Shown here: positions 21,520 through 29,871 of the stretch, piece by piece
How positions within the stretch are numbered: the first letter of the stretch is position 1
Layout of the letters: the number at the start of each line of letters is the position of its first letter
DNA from: Giardia intestinalis
Lineage: Eukaryota
Direction: 5' to 3' (one strand)
Assembly (NCBI GenBank): GCA_000002435.2
Contig: CM018791.1
DNA: 64,000 nt
Translations under genes and position numbers: made by a program
Notes under the pieces: model-generated
Told to the model about the DNA's origin: nothing
What the model saw: the letters and a program-made list of their open reading frames with translations, nothing else
Database searches by the model: none

Positions 21520-22677
21520 ATGCAGAACCACTCGTTCCTCGGAAAGACCGTCCTGATAACTGGCGGATGTGGCTTCATAGGGTCTCATTTTGTGGAGGCC
21601 TGCCACGTTCTCGGCATGACCGTCTACGTACTAGATAACCTCTCATCAGGAAAAAATGTGTTTAAAACCACGTCTGACTGCAGCTCGTCTTTGGTGTACA
21701 CCATCGGAGATATCAGGGACAAAGCAATTTTCTCCCGCCTCCCTCAGAAGATAGACTTTGTCATTCACCTCGCTGCAGCCGTATCAGTTGCAGAGTCGGT
21801 TACTAATCCCCAGAAGTACATGTTGACAAACGTGGAGGGAAGTAGGAATGTTTTCCAATATGCCGTCGATGCCAAAGCATCCGCTGTTCTGTCTGCGTCC
21901 ACGGCTGCATACTACGGAGATTGTGGGAAAAGCGCTATCACTGAGGCCTTCCCATATGGAGGGATCTCTCCATACGCAGAATCTAAAATGGAAATGGAGA
22001 GACTTGGGGCCGAGTTCCAGAAGACCTCGCGCTGCAGATTCATCTTCTGCCGATTCTTCAATGTGTATGGGCCGCGTCAGGACCCATCGTCGCCCTACAC
22101 TGGAGTGATGTCCATCTTTATGGACAGGTGTGCAGCAAGGAAGCCGATAACCATCTTCGGAACTGGGGAGCAGACCCGTGACTTTGTGTTCATCAAAGAC
22201 CTCATTGTCGCCGCCATAAACCTGCTTGGTCAGCTAGACAAGTTCCCTATTGGAGCGGACGCTGTCCAACAGAACGACCCCGAGGAGGTCCAACGCAGTG
22301 CATATACTGGCGAAGGCGTATACCCGACTGTTTTCAATATAGGCTCTGGGATATCGATATCGGTCAACGAGCTCGCAGAGTTGGCAAAGATTGTGAGCGG
22401 GAGACACGAGGTGGAGATTGTGCACGGGGAGCCTCGCAGTGGGGATATCCTCCATTCCCTCTCTGACTGTACCCGTATCCGCAATGCCACAGGATGGTCA
22501 GCTAGCACGACCCTGCGCGTTGGCATGTCTGAAACATGGGGATGGGCAGCGGGTGAGATCTCCTATCTGTCTGGGGACCTCGTCAGAGTGTTGGAAAATG
22601 AGCTTAAGATCGATGGAGTCCCGGTGGCCAAAAGCCTCTGTGGAAAGGATGCGGATGTCAAGGAGATTGGTCTATAG
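21520..22677 (+). CDS. NAD-dependent epimerase/dehydratase, UDP-hexose (Glc/GlcNAc) 4-epimerase family
   Basis: Verified ATG with an A-rich leader (gagagaaaaataaaaagg). It carries the Rossmann motif VLITGGCGFIGSHFVE and the catalytic YxxxK as SPYAESK; the length is 385 aa. Confidence 0.8.
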   Translation: MQNHSFLGKTVLITGGCGFIGSHFVEACHVLGMTVYVLDNLSSGKNVFKTTSDCSSSLVYTIGDIRDKAIFSRLPQKIDFVIHLAAAVSVAESVTNPQKYMLTNVEGSRNVFQYAVDAKASAVLSASTAAYYGDCGKSAITEAFPYGGISPYAESKMEMERLGAEFQKTSRCRFIFCRFFNVYGPRQDPSSPYTGVMSIFMDRCAARKPITIFGTGEQTRDFVFIKDLIVAAINLLGQLDKFPIGADAVQQNDPEEVQRSAYTGEGVYPTVFNIGSGISISVNELAELAKIVSGRHEVEIVHGEPRSGDILHSLSDCTRIRNATGWSASTTLRVGMSETWGWAAGEISYLSGDLVRVLENELKIDGVPVAKSLCGKDADVKEIGL

Positions 22678-22729
22678 CTCTGAGTATGAAGCTCTGCGTA
22701 AACCTTGCAAAAGATAAATTTAGAGTTAG

Positions 22730-25291
22730 ATGTTGCCGAACTTAGCATCGGAATACCTCAACAGGCACAGGCTTCTGTCCAGGATCGAGGACGCACTGAA
22801 CACGTGCATCGCAAGCAACTTGGATTCGCCTGAGGCATATATTGCATCGGCTTTGATGCAGATGTCCCCCGGCCCATGCACGATCACCAAAGTCATGCTT
22901 CTACCTACAAACGAAGTTCTGTATACCGTGCGCTTTTGCGAGATCCTTCGAAGCTTCACATATCAACTGAAACCGGGCAATTTTAATAAGCTCGCTACAC
23001 TGTGTCTATCTTCCATTTCAGTGGGTGCCCTGCCTTCTGAGACTGTCCGTGAGTTTCTTCCTTCACTGTCCTTATCCACTTCTACGAATAGTGTGACACC
23101 GTCAACTGGGTCCAGAGCGCAAAGTTCGCAGAAAGATCGTGCCAAGTCTGAGGCAAAAGAAGACTCCAAACAAGACCGGAATTCGTCTGCATGCGTGACT
23201 ACATATGCAGAGCCTCTATTTTTCGATGAAAATCTCAAAACTCCTCTGCACGACATGAACATATTCGAAAAGGTAAATAACATTTGGCCGCTCCTGCTGA
23301 AGCACATTGGTGGCGACCGTGAGCTAGGCCTAGAGCTATATGAACATCTTTTTGATATGAGCCTTCAGATGCTTTCGTCGTCTCGCATACTGGAGCTGCG
23401 AAGGCGGGCGACAAACGTTAACAGCCTAACGATAAGGTGTCCCATCCCGATGTTTGTTGTGTTTTCATGGGGCACAATTCTCAACCTTGCCCTTGTACCA
23501 GTGGGCAGTTCTCTGCTCTCATTTCAGGCATTAATTCACGAACTGAACAGTTATGCCACTAGTACGCTTATGGGTGATGGAGCCGCTGGCTCAGGTGCAA
23601 CCAAGAAAAAAGCTGATGTGGCCACTTTGTCTGACCCTGGAGCAATCTTTCCTATCTTGCTCAAGCAAGAGCCAGGCCTTCACGTCTCAACTGAAAATCC
23701 TGCGACAGTGAGACTTCTAGAACTCAAGGACGAATATTTCGAGATGCGAACATTTGACAGCGTGAGGCCCACCGTAAGGGAGAAGACTGCAGGAGCGCAA
23801 ATCAACAGGCCCAGTGACCGGCTAAGAAAGTACTTTGGTGTAGTCGCCATCTTTCGTGCTTTGGTCGATATTCTTCAAAAGACCAATGAAGACTGGAGGC
23901 GTTCGGCCAAGATACAAGTCACATTAGACTTACCAGAGATAGTAGCCGATATGAAGTGCGTTACAGCAAATGCTGACGACGTACTAAGGGAGCTGAAGGA
24001 ACGAGTGGATGCGGTTTACCCTAACTGCAGATCCATCACTCCCAATTACTCTAGCATGGTTGGATTCCTCAACTCCTTTGAAGCCCGCCCGCTTGTTTCT
24101 GAATTCGAGCTGTTCCTGTTCAACATTCTCCTGAGCCAGAAATGGGGCCATTTGGACATGTCGTTTACTGACTGTAAGAACGTTCCGGAGGAGTCTGTCA
24201 GCATAGAATACGACCCTGTTGCTGAGGCTGCCAAGCAAGAGGTAGCACAGGCCGCACCAAAGAAGGGAACTAAGCAGCCGCCACCACAAGCTCAGCAAAG
24301 CCCTCCAGGAGCTGCAGACGACTCTGGCTACAAGCCCCCTATCGTTTACCAATCTTACTCCAAGGAAGCTGTGGCTCGCCAAATATTGACGTCCATGTCC
24401 CAAAGCATGGCGCTGACCGAGGTCTCAAGGCAGGTCGGAGCTGTGCGTCCAGAGGAAGCGACTGTGTCGCTCTCTCTGTTCTTTGATAGCATGCCCCTGG
24501 TAAGTGCTCTAAATACTAAGCTTGCCAAGTACTTTCCCGTCCTTAGCGCGCAAGTCAAAGCAAACACGAGGCAATACACGAAGACTCCTGCCATTTGTGC
24601 CCTCGGTCAGGCCGAATATCTTGATGCTGTGTGCATACATTGCCACAATCTGGAGCCCGCAAAGGCCCTTCACTACCCAACAAAACTGATGCTACCCCAG
24701 GGATCACGCGAGAGCACCTCGTCGATAGCTGGCCAGGCTTCCATAATGAGCTTTAGAGGGGGCGAGAGGCAAATGGGTATCACGCCGAGAGCAGGGTCTA
24801 GGTTCGCTGGCCCTGGGTCCCAGGTCTCTGCGTCTGATCAGCGCGCGACGGCTTGTCTGAGCAAGGACAGCGTCGCAGATGCTGGAAGAGGTCTTACGCG
24901 AACAACGCTCCTAGATGATTCTGCATCTATCAGTAAAAGCCTCAGCCTAGTAGATGAAGTCAGCATATGTGAGGAGCCGACTAGCTTTAAGGGGATAGTG
25001 TTGTCTTACCAGGACAACGAGTCCACTGTGCTGACCACCGAGATAGAGAGTATGCCAGGAACCCAAGCAAACGAGGACGTTTCGCAGCGTGAGACTCCAA
25101 AGGAAAAGGGGAAAGAGAAAGAAGCGCCAAAGGCCAAGGACGTAGGCGCCGTGAGTGAAAACAGCTACATAAACAGGGTTACCTGCGCTCTGATTTATGG
25201 CTACGAAGGACTGCATATCAGCAACGTCAAAGAGATAGACGAGTTTGTCAACGTCTGCATGTACCTGAAGAGTGATGGACGTCTCGTTTGA
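22730..25291 (+). CDS. hypothetical protein
   Basis: An 853-aa ORF with a verified ATG and an A/T-rich leader. No recognisable family motif. Confidence 0.45.
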   Translation: MLPNLASEYLNRHRLLSRIEDALNTCIASNLDSPEAYIASALMQMSPGPCTITKVMLLPTNEVLYTVRFCEILRSFTYQLKPGNFNKLATLCLSSISVGALPSETVREFLPSLSLSTSTNSVTPSTGSRAQSSQKDRAKSEAKEDSKQDRNSSACVTTYAEPLFFDENLKTPLHDMNIFEKVNNIWPLLLKHIGGDRELGLELYEHLFDMSLQMLSSSRILELRRRATNVNSLTIRCPIPMFVVFSWGTILNLALVPVGSSLLSFQALIHELNSYATSTLMGDGAAGSGATKKKADVATLSDPGAIFPILLKQEPGLHVSTENPATVRLLELKDEYFEMRTFDSVRPTVREKTAGAQINRPSDRLRKYFGVVAIFRALVDILQKTNEDWRRSAKIQVTLDLPEIVADMKCVTANADDVLRELKERVDAVYPNCRSITPNYSSMVGFLNSFEARPLVSEFELFLFNILLSQKWGHLDMSFTDCKNVPEESVSIEYDPVAEAAKQEVAQAAPKKGTKQPPPQAQQSPPGAADDSGYKPPIVYQSYSKEAVARQILTSMSQSMALTEVSRQVGAVRPEEATVSLSLFFDSMPLVSALNTKLAKYFPVLSAQVKANTRQYTKTPAICALGQAEYLDAVCIHCHNLEPAKALHYPTKLMLPQGSRESTSSIAGQASIMSFRGGERQMGITPRAGSRFAGPGSQVSASDQRATACLSKDSVADAGRGLTRTTLLDDSASISKSLSLVDEVSICEEPTSFKGIVLSYQDNESTVLTTEIESMPGTQANEDVSQRETPKEKGKEKEAPKAKDVGAVSENSYINRVTCALIYGYEGLHISNVKEIDEFVNVCMYLKSDGRLV

Positions 25292-25311
25292 GAAAACGGC
25301 AAATTCAAAAA

Positions 25312-26310
25312 ATGGAACCAGTGAAGGTCCTGTCCTACGCAGAGCCCCTGGACACCAGGATATCTGACCAGTACGACGGGAGTCCCAAGGCAATTGTTAT
25401 CTTTGACGATCACAAGACATTTCTAGCTCGCCACGAAACCCCCATTTTGACCATCTATGAAGCTCGCAGCTACTTCAAGATGCGGCATTCTGTTCTCCTC
25501 GAGATTTTTCCATCGTACTCGTTGGGGACGTACATGGATTCGCTCGTCATAGTGTTTTTGTGCCCCATGGAGTGCGCTGCCTCGGCATTGCCAGTGTACA
25601 GCACAGTGAGCATATACGTGTGCAAGACGGCCCGCCCCGCAGAGTCCGGCCTTCTGGGTAGGGCGTCGGCGCTCTCGCGCTTCTATCATGAAACAAAGTT
25701 CTGCTCTGCCTGTGGCTGCATCCTTAAGCGCATGCTCTCCCCGCAGCCTCTGAGGTGGGAGCACCGTCACATGGGGGTGAAATTCACACACAGGTGCGTC
25801 ATAGGAAAGCAATGTATACTTTGCAAGAAGATCCAGCGCCCACCGTACTACTCTAGCGTGATCGGTATCGTCGTGTCAGATGATAAGGCGCTATGCTATC
25901 AGCGCAGAGGGAGCCTCTATACACATGTCGCGGGGTTCGTTGACCCGGGCGAAGCAGCGCGGACAGCTATGATTCGGGAAGTCAGAGAAGAGATGGGAAT
26001 GGCCCTTGACCCCGGGGGCTGCAAACTGATGTCTCTTGTCCAGCCCTGGCCCACCAGCTCCAGCCTAATGTTTGTGTTCTACTGTGCAGCCAGTAAGATG
26101 GCAAGCGCTCTGCCTCTGTCCTTCAAGGACTGTGAAGCCTCAGACGGGTTCTGGGCTGATCTAGCTAGATATAAGGGTGCAATCCAAGACGAAAGCATAG
26201 CAGTAGAATCCCGGCAGTGGCTTCTCCCAGATAAGAAGAGTGTAGCACGTTGGATGTATGACGTATTCTTCAGCTCCGTCAGCTCCCGGCCCGAAGTCCC
26301 TCGTCAGTAG
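25312..26310 (+). CDS. Nudix hydrolase, NudC-like (NADH pyrophosphatase family) with zinc ribbon
   Basis: The track start at 25288 is TTG; the first ATG is at 25312, 20 bp after the upstream stop. It has a C4 zinc ribbon (CSACGC...CILCKK) followed by the Nudix box GFVDPGEAARTAMIREVREEMGM (Gx5Ex7REVxEEMG). Confidence 0.65.
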   Translation: MEPVKVLSYAEPLDTRISDQYDGSPKAIVIFDDHKTFLARHETPILTIYEARSYFKMRHSVLLEIFPSYSLGTYMDSLVIVFLCPMECAASALPVYSTVSIYVCKTARPAESGLLGRASALSRFYHETKFCSACGCILKRMLSPQPLRWEHRHMGVKFTHRCVIGKQCILCKKIQRPPYYSSVIGIVVSDDKALCYQRRGSLYTHVAGFVDPGEAARTAMIREVREEMGMALDPGGCKLMSLVQPWPTSSSLMFVFYCAASKMASALPLSFKDCEASDGFWADLARYKGAIQDESIAVESRQWLLPDKKSVARWMYDVFFSSVSSRPEVPRQ

Positions 26311-26420
26311 GCTTGAGAGCTGGGGATGTGTAGATAAGACATGAGTAAAATTATACCGATGTGTTATATTATACATTCCCTGCCACAAAACAACAATACG
26401 GTGGCAGGGCCGGGCTGAAA

Positions 26421-27659
26421 ATGGGTGACCAGCATAAGGGCGTCCCGAAGGTGGATCTTAAGGACCTAATGGACGGGGACATAGTTTCAGAAGAGTTCAT
26501 AGACGACTACAAGAAGGTGTCATCCTGCTCGGGGAACTGCAGCAGTTGTCAGGATAAATGCAAACAGTTCTTTAAGCCCAAGCAACGCTTCAAGGTATCC
26601 CTTCAAGAGCAGAACGTGGTTATAACCGCCAAGCTGATGCGCTTCGACCATATAATTTTTATCTTGTCGGGGAAGGGCGGCGCAGGCAAGTCAACCTTAG
26701 CAATTCAGTTGGCGTATGCCCTCGCAGAGCACTACGACTACAAAGTCAATCTGTTCGATGCGGACATCTGCGGCCCGTCCATCCCGACTCTTACGTTTAC
26801 ACAGATGGCCGATACAAACATCTTCGTTGAGAATCTGGGCTGGGATCCCATACCCCTCACAGACAGGATCCACCTTATGTCCGCTGGCTATCTGGTTGGG
26901 GATAAGGACACCCCGATAATCGTCGACGGCGACGGGAAGGAGGAGTTTCTGCGGGAGATGCTCTTCAACACAAACTTCGAGTTTTGCAGTTCCAGGGAGC
27001 GTGAGGAAGGCTGCAAGAACGTGCTGATTATTGATTTTCCTCCGGGGTCGTCTGAGGAGCATCTGGTGATGACTGCGTTGGTCCGCCGGTGTCTGATGAG
27101 CGACTCCATGGTGCGCTTGAGCAGCTCCGGTGTGTTATCTGCGGGCCACGTTAACTCCCAGGATCAAAGCAGCATATTTGGTGATATTGGGGGCCGTTTG
27201 GACGGGGCGATTAACACCCATGAACGCCATGAGGCTGCAAAGTCTCTGCTGGCTGCCTCGGCCGCAGCTGGGACAAAAAGGCACCTGCCAACCATATACA
27301 GCCTCATCATCTCTACGCCTGATGAGGTCTGCCTGTCCGACGTCCGGCGTGAAGTTCTATTTTGCCGGACGATAGGCCTCGCCGTCAGAGGGCTCGTCCA
27401 AAACATGAGCGGATTCGTCTGTCCGCACTGTGGCACAAACACAGAAATATTTGTCCCCCTTACTGGGGGCTGCGAGAGGCTGTCCGCCGAGACAGGCATC
27501 CCTTTGCTTGGAAGCCTGCCCATCGATCTGAGCCTTTGCGAAGCAGCCGAAGAGGGCGGATCATGGCAGGATTACGTTAGCACTCATGGACGTGTAGGGT
27601 ATGACAAGTTTCTGGAGGTTGTTAGGCTCATGCTTGAGAGCAACGAAAAATCCGTGTAA
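26421..27659 (+). CDS. cytosolic Fe-S cluster assembly ATPase Nbp35 (Mrp/NBP35 ParA-type)
   Basis: The track start at 26361 is GTG; the first ATG is at 26421. It has the N-terminal 4-Cys cluster CSGNCSSCQDKC, the deviant Walker A ILSGKGGAGKST, and the C-terminal CPHCG (CxxC) motif typical of Nbp35/Mrp. Confidence 0.8.
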   Translation: MGDQHKGVPKVDLKDLMDGDIVSEEFIDDYKKVSSCSGNCSSCQDKCKQFFKPKQRFKVSLQEQNVVITAKLMRFDHIIFILSGKGGAGKSTLAIQLAYALAEHYDYKVNLFDADICGPSIPTLTFTQMADTNIFVENLGWDPIPLTDRIHLMSAGYLVGDKDTPIIVDGDGKEEFLREMLFNTNFEFCSSREREEGCKNVLIIDFPPGSSEEHLVMTALVRRCLMSDSMVRLSSSGVLSAGHVNSQDQSSIFGDIGGRLDGAINTHERHEAAKSLLAASAAAGTKRHLPTIYSLIISTPDEVCLSDVRREVLFCRTIGLAVRGLVQNMSGFVCPHCGTNTEIFVPLTGGCERLSAETGIPLLGSLPIDLSLCEAAEEGGSWQDYVSTHGRVGYDKFLEVVRLMLESNEKSV

Positions 27660-27663
27660 ACTG

Positions 27664-28809
27664 ATGACCTACCGCATAGCCGACTTTCCCTTCTTCCGCG
27701 CCCTCTTTGCATTCGCCTCAGTGGACCCAAAAGTGCCCATCAGCTTCAGCACCGCGCAATCGAGGTACTTCTATGAGATCTTCAGTGCTACCACCGATAG
27801 AACCCTCTACGTGCGAGCCGTTATTTACAAAGGTACAGGAGCAAGTCTTGATAGTAGATATTCTCAAGTGGATGTGCCGGCAGAGCAGTCAAGGGTTTTT
27901 GTGCCGGTGGGAGAGGAGGAGGGAAAGCGCGTGAGCTTCTCAGTGATGTCTACCCCTATCCTCTCTACGCTGAAGCGTCTCGAGCAATTGTACACAATTG
28001 CTGGCGGTCTATCTTCGCTTCCTAACAGTGTCCAAGTATTGTTTCCAACGGAAGCAGCAGGAAAAGCTCTAAAACTTCTCCTCAGTGCCCAAGCCATACG
28101 GTTTAATGGTAGGTCCACCAAAGAAACGCCCTGGGAAGAAGATAATGACCAAGTGGGCTGCAATAGCGATGGATCTATAGCGTGCAAGTCTCGAATAAGC
28201 TTAGACGAGGCTCGTGGCGCGCAGGAAGATGTCATGGCGACCTTGGACACAACATACTACGTTCCTCTTTGCTGTGACGATGCGCTAATCGCCACGTCCA
28301 TGGCAGCAGCTAGCTTTGTGCTGCACCCTAGCGACGAAAAGGTTCTCATCACACTGAGAGTGGCCTTCTTCCATGGAATGTGCAACCAGATCCTGAATTC
28401 TGCCAATTCCTTAACGGAATACAATCTGTTTCTGGAATTTCTGAAAGAATCCGTAATGAACGTTCCCTCGTACCGTATCCGCTTATCTGCGACGTCTGAC
28501 ATTTCAGGAATCAAAGCAATTGCGGAGCTACCAAGCAACTTGACCACAAATACGTCTGGCAATGTTTGGTTACAGTGGTCCCAGAAGAGTATATGGACTC
28601 CTTGCGCCATCCAGTTGGGAAAGTCACAGCTTGCGCTACTTACTAAGGCCCTGAAGCTATATGTCGGCACATTTGGCCCCGACAGCCAGATGACGTTGAT
28701 CATCACCAAGAATTACGAACTAGTTCTGCGAATCCCTCTGAACACTGCTGGTGGAGACCGCGCAGCTATCTTCACTTTCATTGCTGTGTGTGTGGGGTGT
28801 GACTTATGA
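27664..28809 (+). CDS. hypothetical protein
   Basis: The ORF begins at ATG 27601, but that start would overlap the Nbp35 stop at 27659. The in-frame ATG at 27664, 4 nt after that stop, is the more likely start. No recognisable motif. Confidence 0.4.
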   Translation: MTYRIADFPFFRALFAFASVDPKVPISFSTAQSRYFYEIFSATTDRTLYVRAVIYKGTGASLDSRYSQVDVPAEQSRVFVPVGEEEGKRVSFSVMSTPILSTLKRLEQLYTIAGGLSSLPNSVQVLFPTEAAGKALKLLLSAQAIRFNGRSTKETPWEEDNDQVGCNSDGSIACKSRISLDEARGAQEDVMATLDTTYYVPLCCDDALIATSMAAASFVLHPSDEKVLITLRVAFFHGMCNQILNSANSLTEYNLFLEFLKESVMNVPSYRIRLSATSDISGIKAIAELPSNLTTNTSGNVWLQWSQKSIWTPCAIQLGKSQLALLTKALKLYVGTFGPDSQMTLIITKNYELVLRIPLNTAGGDRAAIFTFIAVCVGCDL

Positions 28810-29110
28810 GGTCTGGCTCCTTGTCGAAAAGAATCCGCCTGCTGATCTTGGCTACTCTGAGGAGACCTTTGACGCGACCCTGGTCCTGCTCTTTGCGCAT
28901 AACGTACAGAGGATGCTCTAGAACGATCACCTGCCCTTCCATGTGTTGATTACCTGTCCTGAACCATGCCTTGTCGCCCTCCAACGATAGACTCCCCAGG
29001 TTTGCATCGCATAGCGTCGAGAACTTTCCCTGAAACTCCAGGATTATGTGCTCCGGCATGGTGTCCTTCGTGGCTCCGTCGGCATCCTTGACAAAAACGT
29101 TCAGAAGCAT
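28778..29110 (-). CDS. small hypothetical protein (110 aa)
   Basis: Verified ATG. It fills the gap between flanking genes and its 3' end overlaps the neighbour convergently by 30 bp. No family assignment. Confidence 0.3.
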   Translation of the reverse strand: MLLNVFVKDADGATKDTMPEHIILEFQGKFSTLCDANLGSLSLEGDKAWFRTGNQHMEGQVIVLEHPLYVMRKEQDQGRVKGLLRVAKISRRILFDKEPDLISHTPHTQQ

Positions 29111-29174
29111 AATTTTGGGCTGTGGCCGTCTATAGAGAAGAGGAATACAGGAGGAAGCTGTTTACATGACAAGC

Positions 29175-29681
29175 TCATGGCTGGATGTGGAACATGCTGG
29201 TGTCCTGGAGATTGAATTCCCTCTTCAGGATGGCCAGCAGGTTTTTCTGGTCCTCATCGGTCTTGTCACGCATCCAAATGGCGATAAACTCATTTGCAAC
29301 AACCTTCCCCCTGCGGAACTCTATTCCGGTGACCTTCGGGCACTCGTCCAAAAGGCCCCTGAAAATCATCATTAGTAAATACTCCCACACCATGGATGCA
29401 TAGCCCGACGCGATCATTATCTTGATCCTGATGCATTTGACATGCGCAGGATCCTCGAAAGCCGGTCGGATTCCCTTCTTGAAGAAGTGGTACCCCTGAT
29501 TACAGTCAATAACGTTGGGCCGACGCAAAAACTGATAGCAATTGAAGAAGGCCTTAAGGGAGTCCGTCGTCATTATCGGGTGTATGTTGTCCATAAAGTC
29601 TGCTAGATGGCTTTGATCCCCGTGCCGGTCCTGATTTGAAAAGAAAAGCGTCCACTCGTCGTCAAGTATAATGTCCTCCAT
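29175..29681 (-). CDS. eIF4E-family cap-binding protein
   Basis: Verified ATG preceded by an A-rich leader (taaaaaataaATG on the coding strand). It carries the WTLFF motif, GYHFFKKGIRPAFEDPAHVKCIRIKI (compare DYHLFKEGIKPMWED..GGKW) and IAIWMRD (compare IAIWT). The polyA-signal-like tgtaaac lies ~10 nt past the stop. Confidence 0.7.
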   Translation of the reverse strand: MEDIILDDEWTLFFSNQDRHGDQSHLADFMDNIHPIMTTDSLKAFFNCYQFLRRPNVIDCNQGYHFFKKGIRPAFEDPAHVKCIRIKIMIASGYASMVWEYLLMMIFRGLLDECPKVTGIEFRRGKVVANEFIAIWMRDKTDEDQKNLLAILKREFNLQDTSMFHIQP

Positions 29682-29871
29682 TTATTTTTTAGGCACGAGG
29701 TCAAACGCACGGTTCTCCGTCATGCGCAGCCAGTGAGTAGATACGTATGGCTTGTTTTGTGGTCCTTCAATACAAGATCCGTCTCCTTAGTTTTTTATTC
29801 CACGGCTCTCCCTGCGGGATTCCCTGCAGGTCTCCCTGCGCCACTGCTCCGGGAACGGCCACGGAAATAAA